Assembly (NCBI GenBank): GCA_963662275.1
Contig: OY759316.1
Coordinates: 2,848,001 to 2,912,000, forward strand
Direction of reading: 5' to 3'
Origin: Candidatus Cloacimonadales bacterium
Lineage (GTDB): Bacteria; Cloacimonadota; Cloacimonadia; Cloacimonadales; DAONDQ01
DNA: 64,000 nucleotides
The notes beneath the pieces were generated by a model, which did not search any database, was not told where the DNA came from, and saw only the letters and a program-made list of their open reading frames with translations. A program made the translations under genes and the position numbers. Within the stretch, counting starts at the first letter, position 1. The number at the start of each line of letters is the position of its first letter. This document shows positions 12,301 through 20,772 of the stretch, piece after piece.

Positions 12301-14525
12301 TCATTTGCGTTGATAAGGATATGGGGCATCATCATTTTTATTATGATACTTTTTTTTGTACTGACACAGTATCAAATCGAAGTCTTGAACAGCATTCAGA
12401 TTATGATAACAGTTCAGTCATAGCTCCTTTCGCGGGTAATTTGAGAATGGCGGTTCCTAATACACGTTTATTGTTCCAGGTTTTGACTAATGAACCTATA
12501 ATCTCACTGGCACCTTCTACAGTGAATTTCGGGCAAGTGAATGTGAATAGCGCATCTGAACCAATCGATATTCGGATCAAGAATATTGGTGGTGGAGCAT
12601 TGACAATTACACAACCTGTTACTCTAGCAGGAGTGGATGAAGCTCAGTTTACTTTGACAGATACAAATACTTATCCCCAGATATTGGGGCGGGGACAAAG
12701 CTGTTTAGTGTCAGTCACATTTCAGCCTACAACAGAAGGTTCTAAGAATGCTGAATTGAATGTAACTGATGACTTAAGAACATCTCGCAACTCCATCCAA
12801 TCATTCAGCAGACAGCAAAATATGAACAGATTACTTCATTCGATACCAATATTCGGTTTAGCTGGTATTGACATCATTACAGAATTCCCCTATACTCAGG
12901 GTTTTGAAGATGTAACTTTTCCGGATAACCCTTGGAGGGTAGACAATGAAGCTAATCCTGAACAGGGATGGCGTAGAGAGTCAATTGTTGGAAGTAGCCA
13001 CAATGGGGAAGCATATGCTATAACAGGTACGATGCCTGGAAATCACTGGCTCATTACCCCCCCTTTCCTGGTTACAACGGAGAGCAATACCTTGCGTTTT
13101 TGGCTAAAAAATGACACAGAGACTCCTGATGATGCGGAATCATCCGTTACGGAATATATGGATGTCTTACTCTCTACTTGCACTTCAGATACGGCTAGTT
13201 TTAATACATCCTTGATGCAGTTTACGAACTTCAACATTCTTGAAACCTACCAGGAATTTTTAGTGGATTTGAATAATAATATAGGAAATGTGGTTCGTGT
13301 TGCATTTATGAGACATTCGACAAATGGCAAATTAGTTTTTCTTGATGATTTTTCAATTTCCATGCCACCACCCGCTGCATATAATCCACCTACTAATCTG
13401 AGTGCTTTATTAGAAATAAACAATGTTCACTTATCCTGGCAAATTCCTGTGCATCAGATTAGTGATCATCTTTCAGGATACAAAATCTACAGGAATGATG
13501 TTCTCCTGGATACGCTGATGAATCCACTTGCGGTTTCATATACGGATTCAACTGTATCTTACGGATTCTACACATATAATGTGAAGGCAATCTATGGACA
13601 AACAGCATCAGTGTATTCAAATTCATTTAGCCTGGATGTGACTTTTGGCTATCCTAATCTTATCTTTGCTGATTCATTTGATAGTTATCCCGATTTTTCA
13701 ATGTCCTTCGGACGATGGAGTAATGTAGATGTTGATCAGAGTAACACCTTCAATTTTGATCAAATATCATATCAGAATATGACAATTCCCAAGTCATTTA
13801 TGGTGTTTAATCCTAACGCTACAAGCCCCCAGATGAGCTATCTGTCACCCCATTCAGGGTATAAGATGCTGGCATGTTTTGATAGTTCTAATCCTCCGAA
13901 TAACGATTGGTTAATTACACCACACGTTCGGTTGGGCACAAATTCATCTATCTCTTTTTGGGCAAAATCTTATACTGCTTTTTACGGATTGGAAAAATTC
14001 AATTTCCTTATTTCCCAGTCAGATATGAATCCGGCAAGTTTTATCAGCATCACAGGAGCTGATACTGTGAGTGTACCTGCTAATCAATGGGTTCTATATA
14101 ATTATGATCTTTCCTTATATAACAACCGCTCCGTGTATATTGCAATTCAGTGCGTATCAGATTTCGCGGCAGCATTACTGATTGATGATGTCAAGATTGT
14201 CAGTAACGGCGGATTTGTGGGTACTGATGATCCTGTCGTACCGGTAAATAAATTAGCATTACTTGGCAATTACCCAAATCCCTTTAATCCTGAAACGACA
14301 ATTAAGTTTACTCTTAGAGAGAAAAGAAAAGTATCTATCGATATCTTCAATACACGTGGACAAAAGGTGACAACGCTCCTGGATGAAGTTCGGAATGCGG
14401 GAAATCAATCTGTCATTTGGAACGGGAAAGATGAATATGGACATCCAGTTGCCAGTGGAGTCTATTTCTACCAGATGAAAGCCGGAATCTTTTCACAAAC
14501 GAAGAAGATGGTGCTTCTTAAATAA
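9396..14525 (+). CDS. Large secreted multidomain adhesin-like protein, collinear paralog of 1723..6855
   Basis: 1709 vs 1710 aa with the same domain order; AAGGAG Shine-Dalgarno; sorting domain at the C-terminus. Confidence 0.85.
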   Translation: MNIFKKLLMLILFINLFVSIFATTITIGTGTTISRRPLACYYGYERSANLFLASEIGMTGYITDLAWYATLNQSISIPTKIYLKTITDTTLTSVSWATLISDATLVFDSNVRDFTANTWKVVDINDWTLTVGNLLVLTECNYGEEGTGSSNGAGFTNTTMSSNLTSFLYQDDYLPSGNMSLSHVRPNIRMNISTQICPAVFSMYPTAIDYGQGFLNLTSSPTNVFVTNSGGTAMTIVSAVLGGETPSGFIVNDSNTYPVTLNPGSRMSFTIQFSPTIAQQYSASITFIDDQSRTSHILPLNGMGLDVSINTFPYTENFDGTIFPPLGWTNYRVQGLSEPGTWERQIHGTYPTCLPHSGTGMALYRCYSLSNDNQGALVSPPLNLPGNNYRVKFWMYRDDNLPETMYDNEMVSVWLNSAPDMIGADSLGVIHRRLDLSPVESVNGWYAYTLSFPPTATGTKYVIFKGHSCTGYNIYIDDVTFEVQPIGSPFPATLIAPLNGSVNQEITTTLNWWADGSGPSPTSFRLSIGTDNPPTNLLNNYNVSYTMSYSPTLQYETTYYWQVIPCNAVDQAANCPVWSFTTIADPTVTNFPYFQNFDGVEAPELPEGWSKILVSPSPNAQLETIINGNPHSYPNHVYFRTSGDSTASLILVSPPTPNLVSTRIRFWAYGSDGINLIVGTMSNPANPSSFTPFQTITLHQCYREYNLSFNGYNGSDRYIGFKPGNPGIFEEVLLDDFTWQLIPTGSEIEVDQEWINYSLVHANATATKPLIIRNTGLSNLSFSVSTTYPTITTDCVGTQTLSPDSSQICDITIHPTLEGDFYGSIHINSNDSQNPNLEIPIGATILPALPPGIVEVGVGTLENLSIPTDEYSNHSFSQTIYLQQELNQPNSQINSVFYQYDGVSSWADSIRIFMGHTTQAQFLSSTDWIPESELTLVYSGLLQVSCYQLGWVELPLQDPFIYDNVSNLVICVDKDMGHHHFYYDTFFCTDTVSNRSLEQHSDYDNSSVIAPFAGNLRMAVPNTRLLFQVLTNEPIISLAPSTVNFGQVNVNSASEPIDIRIKNIGGGALTITQPVTLAGVDEAQFTLTDTNTYPQILGRGQSCLVSVTFQPTTEGSKNAELNVTDDLRTSRNSIQSFSRQQNMNRLLHSIPIFGLAGIDIITEFPYTQGFEDVTFPDNPWRVDNEANPEQGWRRESIVGSSHNGEAYAITGTMPGNHWLITPPFLVTTESNTLRFWLKNDTETPDDAESSVTEYMDVLLSTCTSDTASFNTSLMQFTNFNILETYQEFLVDLNNNIGNVVRVAFMRHSTNGKLVFLDDFSISMPPPAAYNPPTNLSALLEINNVHLSWQIPVHQISDHLSGYKIYRNDVLLDTLMNPLAVSYTDSTVSYGFYTYNVKAIYGQTASVYSNSFSLDVTFGYPNLIFADSFDSYPDFSMSFGRWSNVDVDQSNTFNFDQISYQNMTIPKSFMVFNPNATSPQMSYLSPHSGYKMLACFDSSNPPNNDWLITPHVRLGTNSSISFWAKSYTAFYGLEKFNFLISQSDMNPASFISITGADTVSVPANQWVLYNYDLSLYNNRSVYIAIQCVSDFAAALLIDDVKIVSNGGFVGTDDPVVPVNKLALLGNYPNPFNPETTIKFTLREKRKVSIDIFNTRGQKVTTLLDEVRNAGNQSVIWNGKDEYGHPVASGVYFYQMKAGIFSQTKKMVLLK

Positions 14526-14556
14526 AAATTAAAAATTAAAGATTAAAAATTGGCAG
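14526..14556 (+). repeat. AT-rich 7-mer tandem array ending in TGGCAGA
   Basis: aaattaaaaattaaagattaaaaattggcaga directly after the stop codon at 14525. Confidence 0.7.
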
Positions 14557-14962
14557 AAGAAGAGAAGAAGGAAAAAGAACTGATCCAGAATAGTCGTATC
14601 TGTTTCCTGGGAACCAATCATAACGACGGTTATCCTCGCATGAAAGCTATGCTCAACACAAAACATGAAGGTATCGAAAAAATCTGGGTACTCACCAATA
14701 CCGGTTCAAAACGCGTAGCTCAATTGCGTGATGACACAAAGGCTTCCATCTACTTTATGGATGAAACAAGGTTCATGGCTTACTCCTGGTTAGTGATATC
14801 ACCTTACGGTTCGATCGGGAAGCTCGGAAAATGATGTGGAAGCCCGGTTATACCATGTAATATCCCCAGGGAATCGATGACCCTGATTATGCAGTTCTTG
14901 AGTTTACCACCCGCCTGGGGAACTACTACCATGGCTTGACCAATGTGGATTTCACTATGTAA
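14550..14962 (+). pseudogene. Pyridoxamine 5'-phosphate oxidase-like (general stress protein 26-type) pseudogene
   Basis: N-half GYP..KAM...IW..TNTGSKRV.Q; frameshift near 14777; continuation GLLLVSDI...MMWKPGYTM*YPQGIDDPDYAVLEF..GNYYHG with in-frame TAA at 14858-14860. Confidence 0.8.
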
Positions 14963-14992
14963 TTCGATTCTTCAGCCATGCAATCCTTCTGA

Positions 14993-15130
14993 TCTGCCAA
15001 TCTTCCATCTTCCATCTTCCATCTTCCATTCTGCTGGCCCTGATCTGCCAATCTTCCATCTTCAAACTTCAATCTTCAATTCTTGAACTCTACTCTGCCA
15101 TTTTAATTTTGAATTTTTAATTTTTAATTC
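14993..15130 (-). repeat. Three consecutive 7-mer tandem modules, each beginning with TCTGCCA on the + strand
   Basis: tctgccaa(tcttcca)x4; tctgccaa tcttcca tcttcaa acttcaa tcttcaa; tctgcca ttttaa ttttgaa tttttaa tttttaa. Confidence 0.8.
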
Positions 15131-15175
15131 TCATCACTCCCCTTTTCCACTTGAATCGCTCTTTTAACAGAACAA

Positions 15176-15219
15176 CAGCACAACCGCTACACTACCGCAG
15201 GACCACCGCAGCAGAACCG
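15176..15219 (+). repeat. 4 x 11-mer degenerate tandem array
   Basis: cagcacaaccg ctacactaccg caggaccaccg cagcagaaccg. Confidence 0.7.
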
Positions 15220-15404
15220 CAGGGAGGAGCGGTTGTGTTTTGTTTGTTTGGTGGTTTTTGTCTGTACTATTACGGTGGTATTAAAAGACACTTATGAGGG
15301 GTTATCTTAAGCCAGAAAATAGCATGGAGTGAGGAAATTAGATGGAGATTTGTGAAGCTGCTGAGGCAATAGTGTACTTTGTAGGGATTGGTGGCAAGGG
15401 AAGA

Positions 15405-15535
15405 TGGCTATGCTTCTGCTGGAACGCTTAATTCATTAGGCTGATTTCGAAGTTCGATGTGCGAAGTACGAAGTTCGAAGTTGCAGATGCATAGCCGGTT
15501 GAAAACGGCGTTCCAACCGCGTAAATGCGGAGCTA
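15405..15535 (+). repeat. Uninterrupted copy of a dispersed palindromic intergenic repeat; empty-site homolog of the IS110 insertion
   Basis: ggaacgcttaattcattaggctgatttcgaagttcg...gcagatgcatagccggttgaaaacggcgttcc...gcgtaaatgcggagc aligns in reverse complement to 35021-35153 plus 36895-36917. Confidence 0.85.
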
Positions 15536-15540
15536 CGGCG

Positions 15541-16470
15541 CTACACGGTAATCGCCACTCCCCCACGTTTATGTCCTTGTTCCACATACCTGGTTGCTTC
15601 GACGATCTGTTCCAGGAGATAGTTTCTATCGAGAACAGGTTTGAAATACCAGGCAATGATCATCTGATTCAGGAAAGCAAGTCTTTCGGATTTGAGTTCA
15701 AGTTTCCCATCATCGATCGAAGTGTATATTCCACCTGGGTTTAAAGCTTTCCTGCACGCTCTTTTCAATTCAGAAGTTCTCCGTTTGCCCACTGCATCAA
15801 GTATAAAATCATAATGTTCTCCAGGTTTGAATGAATTCACTTTCGTGTAATCGATGACTTTATCAGCTCCCAGTGCTTTCACAAATTCCAGGTTCTTCGT
15901 ACTGCAGATTCCGGTCACTTCTGCCCCCATATATTTGGCTATCTGCACTGCTGTTGTACCTGTAGTGCTGGAAGCTCCGTAGATCAGTACTTTTTGTCCG
16001 GATTTGATATTTCCCTTTTCCATCTGCTGAAGAGCTAAGAGTCCCCCATAGCCGGCAGCAGTTGCTTCTTCAAAAGTGATATTAGTTGGTTTTATACCCA
16101 GACAGCCGTAGGTTGAATCGGTTGCTTTCATGCATTTATACTCTGCATAGCCACCGAACCCAAAGCCTGTCAGACCATATACCTGGTCGCCTGGTTTGAA
16201 TCTTGAGACATCTTTACCTACAGATTCAATTTCTCCAGCCAGCACTTCACCCAGGATAGGTTGTCTCGGTTTGAAAAAACCCAGCATCAGTCGCATGGGA
16301 ATCCAATATTGAATCGATATTTTAGAGCCCCGAACGAAGATATCACTATCGGTTACTGCTGTCGCTTTGATTTTGATGCATACTTCATCATTACGGGGGA
16401 TGGGCTTTTTCACTTCTTTGATTTGCATAACTTCGGGTGGACCATATTTAGTGTAGATGACGGCTTTCAT
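15541..16470 (-). CDS. NAD(P)-dependent alcohol dehydrogenase / quinone oxidoreductase-like (MDR family)
   Basis: MKAVIYTKYGPPEV, GEIESVGKDVSRFKPGDQV, GGYAEY, KVLIYGAS, LGADKVIDY. Confidence 0.9.
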   Translation of the reverse strand: MKAVIYTKYGPPEVMQIKEVKKPIPRNDEVCIKIKATAVTDSDIFVRGSKISIQYWIPMRLMLGFFKPRQPILGEVLAGEIESVGKDVSRFKPGDQVYGLTGFGFGGYAEYKCMKATDSTYGCLGIKPTNITFEEATAAGYGGLLALQQMEKGNIKSGQKVLIYGASSTTGTTAVQIAKYMGAEVTGICSTKNLEFVKALGADKVIDYTKVNSFKPGEHYDFILDAVGKRRTSELKRACRKALNPGGIYTSIDDGKLELKSERLAFLNQMIIAWYFKPVLDRNYLLEQIVEATRYVEQGHKRGGVAITV

Positions 16471-16480
16471 GAATCACTCC

Positions 16481-16519
16481 AATTAAAAATTAAAAGTTAA
16501 AAATTAAAAGTTGGCAGAG
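16481..16519 (+). repeat. AT-rich 7-mer tandem array ending in TGGCAGA
   Basis: aattaaa aattaaa agttaaa aattaaa agttggcagag. Confidence 0.75.
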
Positions 16520-16581
16520 CTTGCATAAATTAAGAATTAAAAATTGAAGAGAAGAAGCGTACGAAGCCCTGAGTTCTTCAA

Positions 16582-17208
16582 TTAATCCGTGTTTGCAGTT
16601 GCTAATTTCCTGGCAAATACCTCAGCCTGCTCCAGGTCATTTTTGTTCGGTCTGCCCTTGTTCATTCCGCCAAACAGTTTCAGGAAACTGTTGTCATTGA
16701 ATCCCGGGCAATTGAATTCACTAACCACCTTATAGCCTTTGGCTTGCAGCTTATCACGTAACGCATTATGCGGATCATCGATCTTATTACGCATTGTGAT
16801 AGCCCTTGAAATACCGCTGGTGGAGAAGAGGAATACCTTTTTCCCCTTGCCATTGGAAAATGAATCGGCAAGTGTCAGAAGACTGGCGTGATGCTTCTGA
16901 TCGTAAATACCGGAACCGAACCCGATAAGATCGTATTGCTGCAAGTCTTCAGGCTTCACTTCCCTGGGGGATTTGACATCTGCATTTAGCACTTCCGCAA
17001 GGACATCGGCAACTTTAGCGGTATTCCCATGGAACACCGAAATCAGTATGATCAAGGTTTTCTGTTCTCCATGCTTCATATCTCCTCCCTTTGATTGAAC
17101 TATTGTTTTTCCTGTGTTATTCTCCGCAGCGATAAGTATCGAAGGAAATGATAAAAGACAAAATAGACCCGCAAGTAAGAGCATTATGCTTGAGCTGTGC
17201 CGGTTCAT
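16582..17208 (-). CDS. Flavodoxin family protein, with an N-terminal signal peptide if the 17208 start is used
   Basis: S..HGNTAKVA, DLIGFGSGIY, FLFSTSG, EFNCPG, NKGRP motifs; alternative start at 17079 has a strong GGAGG Shine-Dalgarno. Confidence 0.8.
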   Translation of the reverse strand: MNRHSSSIMLLLAGLFCLLSFPSILIAAENNTGKTIVQSKGGDMKHGEQKTLIILISVFHGNTAKVADVLAEVLNADVKSPREVKPEDLQQYDLIGFGSGIYDQKHHASLLTLADSFSNGKGKKVFLFSTSGISRAITMRNKIDDPHNALRDKLQAKGYKVVSEFNCPGFNDNSFLKLFGGMNKGRPNKNDLEQAEVFARKLATANTD

Positions 17209-17446
17209 ATACTTTTCCCCTTGAGTGTTCTGGTAGTTTGTTTCTTCTCTTTCATATGTAACCTCGCATAATTTCTTCACCAACCTGAAATGTAGTAACA
17301 AAAGTTTATAAAGTCACCAGTCTTTCATTCCTGCTTCGTTTTGTTTGGAAAGCCGGCGTACCTGCATTAAGCAAGTAGAAGTCTTTATCGTGTTGGTGTT
17401 ATAGTCAAGTAATACAGTACCACAAAAAGAGTCAAGATTTATTTTG

Positions 17447-17494
17447 TTCTGGCACCTAGAACCTATCACCTAACACCTAATCTCCAGCACCTAA
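17447..17494 (-). repeat. 7-mer (CACCTAA-type) tandem array next to TCTGG
   Basis: tctgg cacctag aacctat cacctaa cacctaa ... cacctaa. Confidence 0.7.
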
Positions 17495-17577
17495 TCCCTT
17501 CTGCACAAACATTTCTCTTGCCTATTTCATTTTCATTGTTAAATTGGATATATAGAAACAATTAAAGAGAGGTAATC

Positions 17578-18366
17578 ATGGAAAAGATAATGGTCACAGT
17601 TGCACAATATGACTCAGTTTTTGAAGCCGACTTAGCTCGTTCATTTTTAGCTGAGAATGATATCGAATCGTTTGTTTTAAATGAAAACATGAGCCAGATA
17701 TTTCCAATGATCACGAATGATATGTTTCCTGTAGAATTACAGGTTAACCAGGAAGATGAAGAAAAAGCGCTGCATATCCTGGAAGCAGTCACGGATGCTT
17801 ATTATACTCAGAAAATCTTGGAAGAAGCAGGAGCCTTATTGAGTGGGCATTTTTGTTTAACATCAGGGCTACACAGTGATAAGTATGTGGAAAAAATAAA
17901 AATCATCAATGATCCTATCAAGGTAATCGGTTTATGTCAGAAACTTTCTGTCAGGTTGCAGGATATTGAAGCAGATGTGGTGATCGGACCAGCCTACGGC
18001 GGTATTGTACTTGCTTACGAAGTGGCAAAGCAGTTGGGTAAGAAATTTGCCTTCACGCAGCGGGAAAATGACAAAATGATTTTACGCAGTGGTTTTACAA
18101 TGAAGCACGGTATACGGGCAATTGTGATTGAAGATATCATGACAACAGGCGCAAGTGTCTTAGAAGTCATAGAAGCCCTCAAGGAAAATTATGTCGATGT
18201 AGTAGCATTGGGTGTGATTGTTGATCGTTCCCATGGTAAAGCTACTTTCGGTGTACCTGTTGAATCCTTGCTAACACTCGATTTAGAAACATATGAACCT
18301 GCCTCTTGTCCACTTTGTTCCCAAGGTGTGGTACTAGTAAAACCAGGCAGCAGCGATAAGAAATGA
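17578..18366 (+). CDS. pyrE: Orotate phosphoribosyltransferase with an N-terminal DUF2007-like domain
   Basis: GHFCLTSGLHSDKY, VIGPAYGGI, PRPP loop IVIEDIMTTGAS; N-terminal EA.LARS.L.ENDIESF...V..ED.EKA..IL. Confidence 0.9.
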   Translation: MEKIMVTVAQYDSVFEADLARSFLAENDIESFVLNENMSQIFPMITNDMFPVELQVNQEDEEKALHILEAVTDAYYTQKILEEAGALLSGHFCLTSGLHSDKYVEKIKIINDPIKVIGLCQKLSVRLQDIEADVVIGPAYGGIVLAYEVAKQLGKKFAFTQRENDKMILRSGFTMKHGIRAIVIEDIMTTGASVLEVIEALKENYVDVVALGVIVDRSHGKATFGVPVESLLTLDLETYEPASCPLCSQGVVLVKPGSSDKK

Positions 18367-20087
18367 GAGTTCTGTCAATTACAACGGGTGATCCGGCAGG
18401 GATTGGACCCGAGATCACTGTAAAAGCGCTTCAATTTCATCGGCTTCTTCCCGGATTAGCATATGTTGTCTATGGAAGATATCCTTTCCTTAACCAGGGT
18501 CATAGCATTAAACAGATCAATGATATTTCGGAAGTTGAAGCACCCGGATTGTATCATATTCTCATAGATGATGCATCTATTGTACCGGGATTTCCATCCT
18601 TCACTTCAGGAAAAATTGCCCTCGATATTCTAAAAAGAGTTGCTTCCGACATCAATTCTCAGCAGGTTCATGCAGTTCTCACGGCTCCGGTTTCCAAGGA
18701 ATGGATTCGACATACAGATGCTCATTTCATAGGACATACAGAATTCTTTGCTGAGGAAAGTAATGTCTCTGAAGTAATAATGAGCTTTTGGGGACCTACA
18801 TTCAATCTATCACTGCTAACAACCCACTTGCCTATAGAAGAGATCAGTCAGCATATACAACCTGATTTTCTTCGAAAGAAATTGAAACTGATTGTGAAAG
18901 AAACAATTAAATTATTGCCCAAAGCCAAATTTGCTATACTGGGTGTTAATCCTCATGCAGGGGAAAATGGTGCATTTGGTTCAGAAGATCAAACCATTAG
19001 CATGATTTTAGCTGAATTAAAGGAAACCGATAATATCGTTATTGATGGACCTTTCCCTGCTGATACTTTCTTTAACTCTAAGTATGAGCAATACCAGATG
19101 ATAATTTCTGCTTATCACGACCAAGGGCTGGTGCCATTCAAACTTCTGTCATTTAACCGAGGAGTCAATGTTACTTTAGGTTTACCCTATTTCAGAGCCT
19201 CTGTAGACCACGGAACTGCATTTGATATTGCTGCTTCTTTCCAGGCAAATCATACCAGTATGTCAACGGCTCTGCAATTCCTGGAAAATCGATTAACACA
19301 AAACGTTAAAGTAACTTCTTCCTATGGCGTTTTTGCTGAATTCTATGATCATTATATGCAGCATGTTCAATATGATGATTGGGTTGAATTCATTCTAACT
19401 CAATTTACTTTTTTGAAAAAGAGAAATCCGCATCGCATCCTGGAAATAGCTTGCGGAACTGCCAATATTGCCACCCGGATGAAAAGAAAAGGTCTCAACG
19501 TCACCGCGTGTGATCTTTCTGAAGACATGCTTTCCGTCGCTGCTGCCAAAGCAAATAAGCCTGACCTATACCAAGCAGATATGGTTGATCCTATTGCTGA
19601 AGAAAAATACGACCTTATTATCTGTCTTTTCGATAGTATCAATTATCTGGTAGATGAGCAGAAGGTGCTGACGATGCTGCAGCATGTGAAAAGTGGTTTA
19701 ATGTCCGGAGGAATCTTTATTTTCGATATCTCAACACATTTGAATAGCCTAGATTATTTCGATGATTATCTGAATGTTGATGAAGACCCTGGTAATGTAG
19801 TTATTCATCGTGCCAATTTTGATAACAATACCTGGATGCAGTATAATGATTTATCACTCTTCGTAAAGAAAAACAACATCTTTTTCCGCTTCCGTGAAAA
19901 ACATGAACAACGTATCTATAAAACGAAGGAAATCTTGGAAATGGTGGAAAAATCAGGAATGAAACTCCTGGGTATTTACGGAGGCTTGATTCCCAAGAAT
20001 CTGAAGAATCATAACCCGGGAAAGTTAGATCATTATTATACACGCATCTTCTTTATGCTGCAAAAGCCTGATACTCTAAAAAAATGA
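18363..20087 (+). CDS. pdxA: PdxA (4-hydroxythreonine-4-phosphate dehydrogenase family) fused to a class I SAM methyltransferase
   Basis: TGDPAGIGPE, GHTE, NPHAGE.G, GPFPADT, YHDQGL, SVDHGTAFDIA, then FAEFYD...ILEIACGTA...CDLSEDML...DSINY. Confidence 0.88.
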   Translation: MRVLSITTGDPAGIGPEITVKALQFHRLLPGLAYVVYGRYPFLNQGHSIKQINDISEVEAPGLYHILIDDASIVPGFPSFTSGKIALDILKRVASDINSQQVHAVLTAPVSKEWIRHTDAHFIGHTEFFAEESNVSEVIMSFWGPTFNLSLLTTHLPIEEISQHIQPDFLRKKLKLIVKETIKLLPKAKFAILGVNPHAGENGAFGSEDQTISMILAELKETDNIVIDGPFPADTFFNSKYEQYQMIISAYHDQGLVPFKLLSFNRGVNVTLGLPYFRASVDHGTAFDIAASFQANHTSMSTALQFLENRLTQNVKVTSSYGVFAEFYDHYMQHVQYDDWVEFILTQFTFLKKRNPHRILEIACGTANIATRMKRKGLNVTACDLSEDMLSVAAAKANKPDLYQADMVDPIAEEKYDLIICLFDSINYLVDEQKVLTMLQHVKSGLMSGGIFIFDISTHLNSLDYFDDYLNVDEDPGNVVIHRANFDNNTWMQYNDLSLFVKKNNIFFRFREKHEQRIYKTKEILEMVEKSGMKLLGIYGGLIPKNLKNHNPGKLDHYYTRIFFMLQKPDTLKK

Positions 20088-20725
20088 ATCAGCTTTTTCA
20101 GAATGATCAAGAACTGAAAATGCAATTTCCGATCATCGCCGGTATTGATGAAGCTGGTAGAGGTCCGTTAGCCGGTCCGGTTGTGATTGCAGCAGTTATT
20201 CTCCAAGATAATTATGAACATCCATTGATTAACGATTCCAAGAAATTGACTGAAAAGGTACGAGAACTTCTTTATCATGAAATTCAACAGCATTCGGTCG
20301 CTTATCACATTGAAGTTATTTCACCACAAGTAATTGATTCCATGAATATCCTCCAAGCAACATTATTGGGGATGAGGTTGTGTGCTGAGAATTTACAGAT
20401 AACACCTGATCTGTGTCTGGTTGATGGTAACAAACTTCCCAGGAATATGCCATATCCGAGCCAGGCGGTAGTCAAGGGAGATGGTCTGCATGCCTGTATC
20501 GCTGCAGCTTCTATCTTGGCTAAAGTAACTCGAGACAGGATCATGATCGATATGGATACTAAGCATCCCGGTTACGGATTTGCTCACAATAAAGGTTATC
20601 CTACAAAAGAGCATCTTCAGGCAATCGAAAAGCTGGGTATTCTGAAAGATCATCGGCTAACTTATAGACCAATAGAGCAGTTAACGTTTAGATTCAATAT
20701 TTTCATTGACTCGGAAAAGAAATAG
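20084..20725 (+). CDS. rnhB: Ribonuclease HII
   Basis: GIDEAGRGPLAGPV, DSKKL, IAAASILAKVTRD, KGYPT. Confidence 0.97.
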   Translation: MNQLFQNDQELKMQFPIIAGIDEAGRGPLAGPVVIAAVILQDNYEHPLINDSKKLTEKVRELLYHEIQQHSVAYHIEVISPQVIDSMNILQATLLGMRLCAENLQITPDLCLVDGNKLPRNMPYPSQAVVKGDGLHACIAAASILAKVTRDRIMIDMDTKHPGYGFAHNKGYPTKEHLQAIEKLGILKDHRLTYRPIEQLTFRFNIFIDSEKK

Positions 20726-20772
20726 TTTATACTTCCTTATATCTGAATTAAAACTTCTATGGAGGCTTCACT

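Noticed and set aside
15408..15744. ORFs 15408..15656 and 15457..15744 (likewise 34942..35187 and 35160..35390)
   Set aside because: They run through repeat DNA or antisense to real genes and show no protein motifs.
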